From contig NC_043011.1 of the NCBI RefSeq assembly GCF_006345805.1, forward strand, positions 14,334,464 to 14,398,463: 64,000 nt of DNA. The letters run 5' to 3'. The stretch is from Octopus sinensis (Eukaryota). The notes under the pieces are model-generated. The model saw only the letters and a list, made by a program, of their open reading frames with translations. It ran no database searches and was not told where the DNA came from. Of the stretch, positions 1 to 13,140 are shown in pieces. The stretch's first letter is position 1, and each line of letters begins with the position of its first letter. A program made the translations under genes and the position numbers.

Positions 1-10
1 TGCAGCATAT

Positions 11-1760
11 GGACGGGATCTTTATATCTACCTGATATAACCAATTTTAAAAAAAAAACACCCAAGGGAAATAACCCATAGCACATACACTTATAATTGT
101 TAGTTTTTAGGGAAGCTATCTATATTTGATTCTCACGATCAGTGGACCTAATTCTGCATTTCACTACTCACAGTTTTCAACAGCTAAACCTTAATATTGC
201 CTTTTCTTGATGAATGTACACTTTCAAGGCCCATAACTCCGATAATTTTGCATTTTTCCAGTTAAAATTTTTTGATGACACTACATAAATTTTTGATTCC
301 AGAACGTATTTAATAAGTGTGTCCCAATACAATGAACTCATACTTTTAATGCCTAACATTCTTTAAAAAATGAAACCAAACTTCCACACCACATTGACTT
401 GGGACATCCTGTATCAGTTATACTTATTTTACAAATCATAATATTTATTGCTTATCTATAGTTCATATAACATTTTCTTGAAACTAATTGAGCCATCGAA
501 TTTAGAAATATTTTACAGGTTTCATTGTTTATGTTCAATTACTTTGATTATTGATTTTTTGTGTGTCTAATTTCTAATTTTTGCAGACAACATCACTTTT
601 ATACTTTATTTGACACGTGAGTAGAACTCATATCTGGAAACCTCGTGAAATACTTAGATTGTTGAAAAAAAATCAATAATAGGGCCTTTCCAATGGATCC
701 TTATATCTATTACATATTACTAATATTTTATTTAAACAACCCAAGGGAAATAACTCATACCACCGGCAGTTTTTAGCGAAGCGATCAATATTTGATTCTC
801 ACAATCAGCCAACCTAATTCTGCATTTCACTACTCACAGCTCTGAACTGCTAAACATTATTATTGCACCTCCTTGATTTGAAACTTAAACCTTAAAGACT
901 TCATTCATACATTTCTATACATACATACTTTTTTGAATGCCCATTACTCGGATAATTCTGCATTTTTCAGTTACACTTTTTTCATGACAGTAGATAAATT
1001 TTTTATTCCACAACGTATTTGTAGTGGTTTCATGCAGGCATAGTGTGGATTCAGTCCTTGATTGCCAAATTTCTCTTAACACATCAGCAGTGCTTTTCTC
1101 ACAGTAAAACATTAGTTTTTCTGTGAATGACAGCAGTTATACATTTCCCAGATGTCTTTGCTAAGCATAATAATGTCTTTGTCACTTGACCCTTCTAACC
1201 TCTTCTAGGCCACCGGAGGCTGGAATGGAGAAAACAGACCTCCAACGAAATCATTTCTTCTCAACAATATGTCAATCCTTCTGGTTACTTTTTGTGACAG
1301 TTATAACAAAATTGGTTTCTTATATTAGAGTAATAAGACATTTCAATAGAACATCTTTATCCCCATGAATTACTGGGTACACATTTTTCACACATAATTG
1401 CTTGGTAAATTAATAACGGTGGGGAACATGGCTTTTGTTGTCAGGTATTAGAGACATGTATCCTAATTAATTTTCAAGTGCTGATTTCAAAAATGGAACC
1501 CATTTTGCTCTATCATGTCAAAATTCTTCACAAACTCAAATGTCCATTTTCAACATATCTAGTATTGTCACCATTTCTAAAGAGCTGTGCAAAACTTTGA
1601 AAATCTAGTTTTTCAATATCATTTCAAGTAATTACTATGACAAAAGTAAAAATAAAAGTCATGATTTGAGTACCTTCAGTAAATAAAAAGCACCAAACTT
1701 AAACAACTGTTACTATTTTCAATGTAACCAGTTTTAAATGTCATGATGATGACAGAAATA
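11..1760. repeat. Old degenerate interspersed repeat cluster; ~17-360 is a diverged direct copy of ~695-1030
   Basis: Shared blocks CCCAAGGGAAATAAC, TATTTGATTCTCAC and CCTAATTCTGCATTTCACTACTCACAG occur at both positions. Confidence 0.6.
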
Positions 1761-2074
1761 CCCTTTATACAATTAGATGTTAGTAAACAACACATTTCTG
1801 TGGTCCATATTTGTGGAATTTGTCTGCAGATATGACCACGCCAAGCTTGATTTAGAACTGTATTTGCAAACCAGTTTTGCTGAACCTCTAACTATTTCTT
1901 ATGAAAATTGGTATTTTGAACGTGCTCTTAATGTTTTAATTGTGGGGTCACATGGGCTAAGATCACTTTCTGTCAAGCATTGTCAAAGAACAGTAGAAAT
2001 CATAGTATAATAACTGACAAGCAAGGAGGAAAATTTGACTAAGACATTGAGACCATGGAGACTAGTTATCTACA

Positions 2075-2305
2075 TATTTCTTTACTACCCACAAGGGGCT
2101 AAACACAGAGAGGACAAACAAGGACAGACAAAGGGATTAAGTCGATTATATCGACCCCAGTGCGTAACTGGTACTCAATTTATCGACCCCAAAAGGATGA
2201 AAGGCAAAGTCGACGTCGGCGGAATTTGAACTCAGGACGTAACGGCAGACGAAATACCGCTAAGCATTTCGCCCAGCGTGCTAACGTTTCTGCCAGCTCA
2301 CCGCC
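2075..2305 (-). mobile_element. tRNA-derived SINE family A (CORE-like central domain)
   Basis: Reverse complement reads GGCGGTGAGCTGGCAGAAACGTTAG...GAGTTCAAATTCCGCC (B-box-like)...CCTTTCATCCTTTTGGGGTCGATAAA; more than 10 copies in the window. Confidence 0.85.
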
Positions 2306-2568
2306 ATAAGACTAGTTATCTAAATGTGGAACACAAACATGACAGCTGACAATTGCTAATCTCTGTAATGATGCAAGTTATTCATGCAAAGCAGCAAAGA
2401 GTAAGTTTGCACCTTGATTAGCTGAAACTCCAGTTTGACAGAAATATCTATCCACACTATGCCTGCATGAAACCACTACAAATACGTTGTGGAATAAAAA
2501 ATTTATCTACTGTCATGGAAAAAGTTTAACTGTAAACTTGCAGAATTATCGGAGTAATGGGCATTCAT

Positions 2569-2756
2569 CATCATCATCGTTTAACGTTCGCTCTCCATGC
2601 TAGCATGGGTTGGACGATTTTGACTAAAGGCTGGTGAACCAGATAGTTGCACCAGGCTCCAGTCTTGATTTGGCAGAGTTTCTACAGCTGGATGCCCTTC
2701 CTAACGCCAACCACTCCAAGAGTGTAGTGGGTGCCTTTTACATGCCACCGGCATGA
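2569..2756 (-). mobile_element. RTE-type 3' tail repeat ending in (GAT)n; further copies ~4555-4910, 10120-10477, 15345-15725, 15890-16000, 18866-19065
   Basis: Recurrent GGATGCCCTTCCTAACGCCAAC motif with a (CAT)n/(GAT)n terminus. Confidence 0.7.
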
Positions 2757-3594
2757 TGAACTAAATACAATTTTGCTTATTCAGAAGCTGTAGAAAAAAA
2801 AGACTTGTAGAAAAAAATGAAGAAAGCTGACTGAGTTTTGAAATCAACAAATCAATTTTAGTGTAAATCAAGTGAAAAAGCACACTCAACAGAAATTATG
2901 TTCAAAATTGTTCCCCTGTTTAATCCAAACTTTAAAAATTCAGATCTGTGTCAGAGATAGGCTAAAACACTAGTTACATTTTTATTTTCCATTTTTCCCT
3001 TTGGGTCTATCCCTAACTTCAACAAATAGAAAATACTAAAATACATTACTAGACAGAAACAAGAATGATTGATATGACCAGCTAAAGCCTTGAAGGTGTT
3101 ACCTTAGCTTGGCTGCAGTCCAATGAGTGGAATCAATAAAAGAATGAAAGAATAAAAGAATATCAATATTAATTAAAGAACAGTATTCAAAGTTCTCTAT
3201 TAAAGACTGGTTGTTTTGCATCTGTTGCCGTCTCCCACCTTTCACGCAGCAAAGATTCAATAACCTTTGACATGATATCAATCTCTAATTACAGATACAT
3301 TGACTAACTGTCTTATTATTTTCCAAGATGTTGGAAAGTTGAACTTTGACTGTCTGACTTCATTAGTGACTAGTGAATGTTTGCCCACCTTCCAGTCACT
3401 TCGTATTTTTTAACACTGTTTTACTATATGCATGATTATACGAAATTAAGTGTTATTCTTTGATAGACATTACATATGTTTCTTCATAAACTCTCACACT
3501 ATAAATTGTTTTAGCATTCTCTCTGTTTTTTCTTACCTCTACCCATATATGTGTGTGTGTATATATGTGTATTTATGGGTGTGTGTGTATGTGC

Positions 3595-3632
<38 letters not shown>

Positions 3633-3733
3633 TATATATATTATATATATCTAATGTCGGATAAAATTTTTTCTAAAAAAAATTTTATCAATGGCCAGCA
3701 TATTAAAAAATTTCTTTAAAGGTTAAATTATAA

Positions 3734-3939
3734 ACAACTTATAAATAAGGGCAAACGAAAACATTTCTAATGCCAAATATGCCGAAAATTGGACATATTG
3801 TCCATTTACCATATAATTTTTTTCCCAGTACGCAAGCGTGCATACTGGGAAAAAAATTATATAGTAAATGGACAATATGTCCAATTTTCGGCATATTTCG
3901 CATTAGAAATGTTTTCGTTTGCCCTTATTTATAAGTTGT
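3734..3939. repeat. Near-perfect palindrome, 97-bp arms, 12-bp spacer
   Basis: 3734-3830 is the reverse complement of 3843-3939 with about 2 mismatches. Confidence 0.9.
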
Positions 3940-4089
3940 ATATATATATATATATATAATTAATAATATCATGGTACTAAAGATTTTAGAAATTTTTACT
4001 ACCAGTGGCTTAGCGTATATATATATATATACAGAGAGAGAGAGAGAGAGAGACAGAGAGAGAGGGACTCAGAGAGAGAGAGAGAGAGA

Positions 4090-4265
4090 TTGATCACTAA
4101 ATAGACAAGTTTTTTATTCTCCCTCTGTTTATTTCCTCATATTCCTTTCTGTTGAAGAGCACAGGCTGAAAACATAAAAGACTTTCTCACTTGCCCAAGT
4201 GTCAAACAAATACACCTTCTTGTTGTTCATACACCCGTCTTCTTTTTTTTTTCTGTAAATTTCAA
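4090..4265 (+). mobile_element. Short PLE-like repeat family B with a degenerate hammerhead-like core; copies ~33800-34050 (+) and ~55080-55260 (-)
   Basis: CTTT-CTGTTGA-AGAGC...GAAAAC...AAAG at 4145-4180, followed by a shared tail. Confidence 0.55.
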
Positions 4266-4345
4266 CTATGTATGTATGTATGTATGTATGTATTTATATG
4301 TATGTATGTATGTATGTAGTATGTATGTATTTATATGTATGTATG

Positions 4346-4402
<57 letters not shown>

Positions 4403-5899
4403 TATATATGGAGTGAAGTGAATTCCCATACAGGAAAAAATATAGAATTTGGTTTGAAGTTTGAAAATGCATATGAATCTCAAAACATGTAGTCATTGAG
4501 TTATTCAAACACCAAACCAGTTTCAACAATTTTTTGATTATCAATGGTACAAATCATCATTGTCATCATCATCATTTAACGTCCATTGTCCATGTTGGTA
4601 TGAGTTGGACAGTTTGACTGGGCAGGAACACTGGAAGGCTGCACCACACTCGAGTCTGATTTAGCATGGTTTTCTACGGCTGGAAGCCCTTCCTGACGCC
4701 AATCACTGTGAGAGTGTAATGGGTGCTTTTACATGCCACTGGCATGGGTGTCATTTGCATGACACCAGGTGTGTTTACATGCCACCAGCACAAGTGCCAA
4801 TTTGTGTGACACTGGTATCTGCCATGACTGCAATTTTGCTCAGCCTGATGGGTCTTCTTCTCAAGCATGACATAATGCCAAATGTCATGGTCATTGCTCT
4901 CGTGCAGCACAATATATAAATAAACCCTATATTTATATATTTGCACCATTGGTAAGCAAAGATCAACAAAACCAGTTTGGTATTTGAATAAATTTAAAAA
5001 CGACACATTTTGAGATTCAGGTGTATTTTCAAATCCAGAACAAATTCTTCTATATATATATATATATATATATATAAGAAAATGGAGAAACAAATTCATC
5101 TCGTTCATCAACTTACGGATATTACAATTTTACATTATTTATTAATTATACAAATGAGAACATCAAAATCAAACAAAACATTATATAAATCAATAGGTAA
5201 TATAATAATAAAAATAATACAAATACATATTTTAATAGTCATATTATAAATTGTTGAAATTCATATATATATATATATATATAAGCACAGACACACACAT
5301 ACATACGCACACCAAAACATGCGCACACATATGCACGCACACGCGCAAAAAGAAACTCACAACCCCACGGATGCACGCATATACATCCATTTACGCTTAC
5401 ACACACACACATACAAGCGCACACATACACGTACACACAACTAGACGCACATACACACAAATGAACCCACACATTCATCCCATACGGTACACAACCATAC
5501 ATACACGCACACACATACATACACGCACACAATTATACATACGTATATATACACACACACGCACGTACAAGCACACACGCACACCTACACTAAGTTAAGC
5601 ACAGTTTCTCGCCATACATACAAAAAAAAAACGCACACGTACGCACACACATGCCACAACAAAACACACACACGATACATATACACGCACACACACATAC
5701 CTCCCTGTTTCTGACCTGCCTTTCTGACTTGCTAGGGTACCCCCACACCACCCCTTAATTCTACTACTGCCTGCTACTAGCCATTGTCCACCATACACAC
5801 ACACACACACACACACGCACACATACACACTTGTCATCTCGCACATCTTTTTTACCATTCCTTCTTCGATATAGCTCTCTTGTTTTTATAAACATTTTC

Positions 5900-6105
5900 C
5901 TCCATTTTTACCTCGTGAATACCACCGGCGATTTTTATTTTCCCCTGTCCTCCCGTCTCGGGATCTTTCCTTCTCCCATGTTTCCGACGAAGAGCTCCGC
6001 TCGAAATGTCAAACCTCCTTCTTCCCTTCTTTCCTGAGCGTCCAATAATACTTTATTTGTTCCACATCCTTGCGTTGTTGTCTTTTTGTTTTCTTGTTTG
6101 GATTA

Positions 6106-6110
<5 letters not shown>
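5900..6110 (+). mobile_element. (TA)n-anchored ~200-bp repeat family A' carrying a hammerhead-like motif; copies 6720-6920 (-), 35280-35490 (+), 41170-41370 (-)
   Basis: Conserved GTTTCCGACGAAGAGCTCCGCTCGAAA...TTTCCTGAGCGTCCAATAATAC...GGATTAACTT(TA)n. Confidence 0.8.
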
Positions 6111-6159
<49 letters not shown>

Positions 6160-6163
<4 letters not shown>

Positions 6164-6660
6164 AGGTTACTTTCAGTTTCTGTCTACCAAATCCACTCAC
6201 AAGGACTTGGTCAGCCCAAAGCTTTAGTAGAAAATGCTTGCTCGAGGTACCATGCTATGGAACTAAACCCAGAACCATGTGGTTGGGAAACAAGCTTCTT
6301 ACCACATAGTCACACCTGCTCCTATGTGTGCGCAACAAAAGGATATCTACAGAAAAGTTACAGACTGTTTGCTGACATAAAAGACGCACTTTTCTTTCTG
6401 AAACATAACTCAAAATAAGGGTGCTATGTGCAAAGTTTGGCCTATATTACATGCTTTAATGCATCAAAATTCTTCTTTTTTTTTCTGAATATAGATGCAG
6501 GCACTGCTGTGCGGTAAGAAGCTTCCTTCCCAACTACATGGTTTTGGGTTCAGTCCCACTACATGGCACCTTGGGCAAGTGTTTTCTACTATAATCTCAG
6601 GCAAACCAAAGCCTTGTAAGTGGATTTGGTAGACAGAAACTGAAAGAAGCCTATCATATA
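6160..6660. mobile_element. Two partial copies of tRNA-derived SINE family B (6160-6325 -, 6494-6660 +)
   Basis: GGCTGTGTGGTAAGAAGCTT...GGCACCTTGGGCAAGTG...GTGGATTTGGTAGACAGAAACTGAAAG family motifs. Confidence 0.8.
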
Positions 6661-6668
6661 TATGTATG

Positions 6669-6719
<51 letters not shown>

Positions 6720-7057
6720 GTTAATCCAAACATGAAAGCACAAAAAAACACAACAACGTGAGGACATGGAACAAATATAGTATTATTGGACGCTCAGGAA
6801 AGAAGGAGGGTTTAACGTTTCAAGCGGAGCTCTTCATCGGAAACATAGGAGAAGGAAAGATCCAGAGAAGGGAAGACAGAGGAAAAAAAGTCGCCAACGG
6901 TACAGACGCGGTCACATTTTGAATCAATATATATATAATCAATATATATATATCAATATATATATACTGAATCAATATATATCAATATATATATACTGAA
7001 TCAATATATATATATTGAATCAATATATATATAAATATATATATACATACATATATA

Positions 7058-7270
7058 TACTACCCACAAGGGCTAAACACAGAGGGGACAAACAAGGACA
7101 GACAAAGGGATTTAGTCGATTACATCGATGCGTAACTGGTACTTGATTTATCGACCCCGAAAGGATGAAAGGCAAAGTCGACCTCGGCGGAATTTGAACT
7201 CAGAACGTAACGACAGACGAAATACGGCTACGCATTTCACCCGGCGTGCTAACGTTTCTGCCAGCTCGCC
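7058..7270 (-). mobile_element. SINE family A copy
   Basis: Near-identical to 2075-2305. Confidence 0.85.
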
Positions 7271-8582
7271 ACACATACATATATATATGTGTGTGTGTCT
7301 TTGTGTCTGTACTTGTTCCCTTCCCCGACAACTGCTTGACAACTGGTGTTGTTATGTTTACATCTCCATAACTTAGCAGTTTGGCAAAAGAGACCAATAC
7401 AATAAGTAGTAGATTTTTTTTTAAATAAGTACTGGACTTGATATATACAACTAAAATTTCTTCCGGATGGTGCCCCAGCATGACCACAGTCTAATAACTG
7501 AAACAAGTAAAAAAAATACAGGGCAGATATTGGGATGCGTTTAATATGCCCTTGCATCTTTTGTGCCATCAAATAAGGTAATTGGCCAGGTGAGTTATGG
7601 ATGAGTATGTTGGAGTGAATTGTTTACAGCGTAAAGAGAATTTGGTTGTTATCTTTTTTATTATCTGCACAATTTGAAGGCCAGGAGATGTTTAACACTC
7701 TCTGAAGTCTCCCTGCTAATAATGTCTATGAGAGAGGCAAAGTGCTTTCGTTGGAATGCATAATCTGAAGCAATGATTGGTAAAGTGGGTAATGGTGGTG
7801 ATGGTGGTGAAGTTAATGGTGGGTGGTGATGGTGGTGGTGGTGGTGGCAGCAGTAGTGGTGATGGTCATGTTTTCGGTGGTAGTGTTGAAGTGGGTGGTG
7901 GTGGTGGTGATGTCAGTGGTAGCAGCTTCAGTGGTGTTGGTGATAGTGGTGATATATGGGTGATTGCAGCGGTGGTGGCTGTGATGATGGCAGGAGTAGC
8001 AGTGGTGGTAGCAGATGTTGTTGTTTTGTTGTTGTTGTTCAATAACAAACTGTTACATCAAAAACAACAGATTCCATAGAGATTTCCAAAATATATTAAC
8101 TAATCAGTACAATGTTATTAACACTAATCACATTTGTTGAACTTGAAGATTAGCCAGACGAGAATGTGTAAGATTAATCTGGTGACACACTAAAATATAT
8201 AAGGAAGGAATAAAAACAAAGCGACAAAGGAGATTGTGTTCACTATATAGTACGTGTGTATGAGTGTATGTATGTATGTATGTATGTATGTATGTATGTA
8301 TGTATGTATGCATGTATGTATTATGTATGTATGTATGTATATATGTATGTATGTATGTATCTATATAAATATATATACATACATATATATACACACATAC
8401 ACACATATACACACACACACGCACACACACATATAGGGAGAGAGAGTGAATGAGACCTACATATGTATATGCATACACACAAATGCACATGCACATATAT
8501 ATATTATACACACACACACATATGCATATATACAAAAATTTATATATAGACAGACAGACAGATAGATAGATGCATACACATA

Positions 8583-8615
<33 letters not shown>

Positions 8616-9210
8616 AATACATACACACGCACATACATTTATGTGCATGTGTGGTGGGGGTGTATATTCTCTTTTGTAGATTTCACTTATTTCTAAATGA
8701 AATAATAAATTTATAAAAATTTATAAAAACACACATAAGGTAAAAACAAGCTATCATTATCCTTTGAAGAATAAGTGGTTAAACTGCTAAACTTCAAGAA
8801 GCTAGTTGCTAAAACAGCTCTTTCCTTCAAGCAACCAGCTTCGTTAACCAGGTGTACTCAATGTCTTGATTTATATATTACAAGCTGTAGAAACACATAG
8901 CCTTAGATGAAATATTTTTGATTGATGAGATTCCTTGTCTCATAACATTTGTAGGAATATAAGCCTTCAAAACTTAACGTTATAAGTTTCTCTGAGTATG
9001 ATATTCAAAGTGAATGATTATTTTCAACTGAATATTTGTTAGAACAACTGTCAGAACCAAATGTACTTTCTCAGAAGCCTGGATGAGTCAGGTTTCTGCA
9101 AAGAGGCCTGCAAAACTTAAAATCACATGGAACCAAACCAAACTGCTTTAAATAATAATATATCTAATTCCCACTAAATGTGCTGAGTGCCTTTTTTTCA
9201 TTTGTCCACT

Positions 9211-9264
<54 letters not shown>

Positions 9265-9265
<1 letters not shown>

Positions 9266-9476
9266 TTTATTTAAAAGCAGAAGAAATTTTAACAAAAACT
9301 GTTACTTGGAGTTTCACGTTCCCGTTCGTCGGACAGTTTTGTGTCACGGGAATGTGAAACTCCAAGTAACAGCTTTTGTTAAAATTTCTCCTGCTTTTAA
9401 ATAAAGCATATTACTCTACCTTTGGTATTTGAGTACTCTTTTTTCCACCTTGTTTCACATTTATGTGTTTACTTCG

Positions 9477-9478
<2 letters not shown>
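9265..9478. mobile_element. Fold-back repeat family C with hammerhead motif, flanked by (TA)n; copies ~33205-33435 and ~54760-54925
   Basis: 61-bp inverted arms 9265-9325/9346-9406; shared tail GCATATTACTCTA...GGTATTTGAGTACTCTTTTT...TTTCACATTTATGTGTT. Confidence 0.8.
9295..9340 (-). ncRNA. Putative minimal type-I hammerhead ribozyme (U4C core variant)
   Basis: AAAACTGT-CCGACGA-ACG(GGAA)CGT-GAA-ACT(CCA)AGT-A-ACAGTTTT: 8-bp stem I, 3-bp stem II with GNRA loop, 3-bp stem III, GUA cleavage triplet. Confidence 0.7.
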
Positions 9479-9533
<55 letters not shown>

Positions 9534-10440
9534 TATGTGTATGTATGTATGTACATATGTAAGTATATGTGTGTGTATGTATGTATGTATTTATGTATGT
9601 ATGGGAAAATTCCCTATGCTACAGGAGAAAGACATTGCAGAAGATTTCATCGTAATGCCAAGTCCTGTAGTACAAAATTTTGTCATTGGTTTTCATATTA
9701 TAAAGTGAGAATGCATTCCAATAGATTTAAAAAATTTTTTTCAAATATCAACAGCAGCAAAAACAAGCAACAGAATAACTTTTATAAATGAAAATACAAT
9801 TTCTTAACACAAATAGTATGATATTTATTCGTAAATACATTTGAGTGGAAAACATTAGGGAATTGATAAGATTGGGAATTTTGTGATAAGGTATGTTCTA
9901 AGCATAAAAGATGTTGACTTCTGTGTGAGTGATGGGTCATGGTGGGATGGGAGTTGCTGAGGGGATGAGGAACACTATTGTCTATCTCCTACTTCATGAT
10001 CATCAATATCTGTTTGACAGGGAAAAAACTTAACCAAAATTATGTTGTGTCTGAGTAGAGTCATATTGTCTTAATGCTTAATTATCTAACACACTTCAAA
10101 AATTCAAATGGAAATTGCAGTTAAGACACCCATGCTGGTGATACGTAAAAAGCACCGTCCGAACGTGACAGATGCCAGCACCCCCTGACTGGCGTCCTTG
10201 TTGGTGGCACGTAAAAGCACCAACCAATTGTGGCTGTTTGCCAGCTTGCTCTGGCCCCTGTGCCGGTGGCACGTAAAAAAACACCCACTACACTCACGGA
10301 GTGGTTGGCGTTAGGAAGGGCATCCAGCTGTAGAAACACTGCGAAATCAGACTGGAGCCTGGTGCAGCCTCTGTGGCTTACCAGACCCCAGTCGAACCGT
10401 CCAACCCATGCTAGCGTGGAAAACGGACATTAAATGATGG

Positions 10441-10476
<36 letters not shown>

Positions 10477-10699
10477 CTTACCAGTACAAGTCAACATCCT
10501 TTAACAAGGCTGCAAAAGCAATGAAAATTTTGGAAGAAAAAATATAGATAATAAATGAGTGGAAATCCAACCAGTGAGTGTGTTAGATAGTAAGGCATTA
10601 AGACAATATGATTCTCCCCATATACAACATAATTTGCTTCAACACACAAGTTCACATAAAGAATCTTGCTAACCAGATACAAAAATGTATACTTCAGTT

Positions 10700-11625
10700 G
10701 TAATTTTTGTTACATTTATGATTAGAGCTGTTATAAACCTGCAGACCTTTTTTCTATAAGTGCAAGCTCTTTAGCAACAATTTTTGTTGTCAATTTAAGT
10801 GGAGTTGGTAAAACTTCTATATTCTCATCTGTATCAGCAGCTTGCACTTGTTCTAACAATGTCAGCTCCTTGTCAGAGAAACTTTCTCAATGAGACACTA
10901 GAAACTCGATAACATTGTCCTCTATAACTTCTTCAAAGCCTACTTTATTTGCAAGAGTCACAATATCTTTCCAAATTGGATATTGTTCTTCTATTTGTGC
11001 AAAAACTTCTAAAGTCAGTTTTACTGTCTGGTCATGTATCTTTCCAAGCACCATTCACAGTCGAGGGTTTCACTTCACTCCATGTCCTAGCTATGTTATC
11101 CACAACATTCATTATGCTGAACTAGAAATCTCTAACTGTCAGTTTATTCTTCCAGTCAATTACATTTGTAACTTGATAGTAAATTCTCAGATAATATGCC
11201 TTGAAGTTAGCTATCAAACCATGATCCATTGGCTGGAGCAAAGAAGTTGCATTCTTCAGGATATACTCTCACACTATCAGAAAGCTCTTCTAAGTTCAGT
11301 GGGTAACTTGGTGCATTGTCTAAAAGAAGTAAAGCTTTGTTGGAAATATTATGTCTGGCATTCTACATTACTGTAGCAGGAGAAAAAGAATGTTTGTAAA
11401 CCACTCTTTCAAACGACTTTTGGTCATCCATGCTTTGTTATTTGAATTGCAAATCACCATTCTGGAGTGATCCACAAGCATGGACATTAATTTCATATCA
11501 CCAGTAGAATTTCTTCCTAGAAGATTTTTGGAAGCTTTAAACTCTGGTGTTGATATTTCCTCATGAGAAATAAAAGTTCTAGCTGGCATGTGCTCTGAAG
11601 AATGTGCAGTTTCATCAACATTGTA
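10700..11625 (-). pseudogene. Tigger/pogo-type (CENP-B-like DDE) transposase remnant
   Basis: MPARTFISHEEISTPEFKASK...GDMKLM...NNKAWMT...WFT resembles Tigger1 transposase MPSRTFIAREEKSMPGFKASK...NNKAWMT...WFT; multiple stops and indels. Confidence 0.75.
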
Positions 11626-11629
11626 TTGC

Positions 11630-12056
11630 CTCTTTTAGTCATCTTTTTTTCAGTCGCTCAGGATAATTAGGTGCAGTCTCTATTGCTGTTGAGCGAACGG
11701 TCTTCGTCCCAGAGCTCACAAGATGGGAGAAGTCCGAAATGTGGTGCTTTGCTATTCGTAAGACCAGCAGAAGAGAAAGCGGGTCAACCCCCGACACCGA
11801 GAGCATCGACGGATGGATGATTGCGCATCCAGGCTTAGCGGTTGCGTAGGACGTCGGGGACAAGAAACAGGAAGAAAGAGTGAGAGAAAGTTGGAGCGAA
11901 AGAGTACAACAAGGGTTGCCACCCCCACCTGCCAGAGCCTCGTGGAGCTTTAGGTGTTTTCGCTCAATAAACACACACAACGCCCGGTCTGGGAATCGAA
12001 ACCGCGATCCTCCGACCGCGACTCCGCTGCCCTAACCTTTGGGCCATTGCGCCTCC
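11630..12056 (-). mobile_element. tRNA-derived SINE family C (head GGAGGCGCAATGGCCC); copies 19491-19680 (+), 50647-50955 (+), 60848-61385 (-)
   Basis: A-box/B-box tRNA-like head GGAGGCGCAATGGCCCAAAGGTTAGGGCAGCGG...GGTTTCGATTCCCAGACC and shared body AAAACACCTAAAGCTCCACG. Confidence 0.8.
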
Positions 12057-12229
12057 GCTGCAGTCTCTGTATTAGCACAAGCAGCTTCACCAGTAATTTT
12101 TATGTCATGCAAATTCTAGCATTTCTTAAACTTGTCAAACCCATCTTTACTAGCCAGAGAAGGTTTTTCATAAAACTTTTGGGTATATATATGTATATGT
12201 ATATGTATATATATATTTCAAAATACAAA

Positions 12230-13140
12230 TAAACAAACTTAAACGAACTTTCAGAAATCTTATGTAAAATACTTATAGAAATAATCAATTCGTAGTAATA
12301 TAGTATCGAATAAATACTATAAATACTATAAATATAATTATCAATGGGAATAACTAGCGAATATCAATTTAAAGAAATAACTAAGTTATGCTATTAAATT
12401 AGACATGGCCTGGACCAATCTTTAGTCGAAACATATCTAAGTTTATCAAAGTTTATCTAATTTAATTATAAATTTAAAACTACAATTAATACTATTAAAA
12501 CATGTATATACAAAAGCCTAACTTTATACACCTCATATGCTTGCTATCAAATAACAAATCTATCGCTAAGAAGTATCTTACGAATAAACTTAAATTTAAT
12601 ATCTAATAATATAGAAAATTACGATAATTAGATCATTACATAAACAACGATATTTACATAAGGAAAATATTATTACACCAAAGACTTATACAATATTAAA
12701 ATTTACAATTTGAAGATCTTAAATATAAATAAATACTTATCTTTAAATATGAAAAATTAATTTATTAGGTTTTTATTATATGTGCATATACAATTATTTA
12801 TAGAGATTATTTTAGATCTTAATATTTATATACATTTATATATTTTCATTGATAATTTATATATATTAGTCATTTTTAAATATTTATGTAATTAGATATA
12901 GACTAATACTGATATTAGATTATTGGTGGGTTTCCTACCTTATAAATTAAAATGAATATTTAACATTATAGTAGATTTTGATATAATCATAATTGTTAAG
13001 TTTTATGTTTCTAGTTTGATAATAGAGTTTATTATAAGTAAAATTTTAATATTATTTATATCTTAAAAGTTCATTGCTAAACCTCGCTAAGATAAGTATT
13101 TATTTATATTTAAGATCTTCAAATTGTAAATTAATAATTG
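12230..13140 (+). pseudogene. Extremely AT-rich segment, probable heavily decayed PLE RT-to-EN linker, with a 44-bp inverted repeat
   Basis: Broken translation TWPGPIFSRNISKF...TSYAC...GKYYYTKDLY resembles PLE IWFNPPFSKNV...VSYSC...GKCLTKDVIY; 12700-12743 is the reverse complement of 13089-13132. Confidence 0.4.

Noticed and set aside
7777-8079. Gly/Val-rich or Thr/Pro-rich ORF
   Set aside because: Degenerate (GGT)n low-complexity DNA; no splice or domain evidence
12230-13140. Possible NUMT or mitochondrial rRNA
   Set aside because: No conserved rRNA or tRNA motifs recognised; PLE-like peptide traces fit better (not excluded without BLAST)
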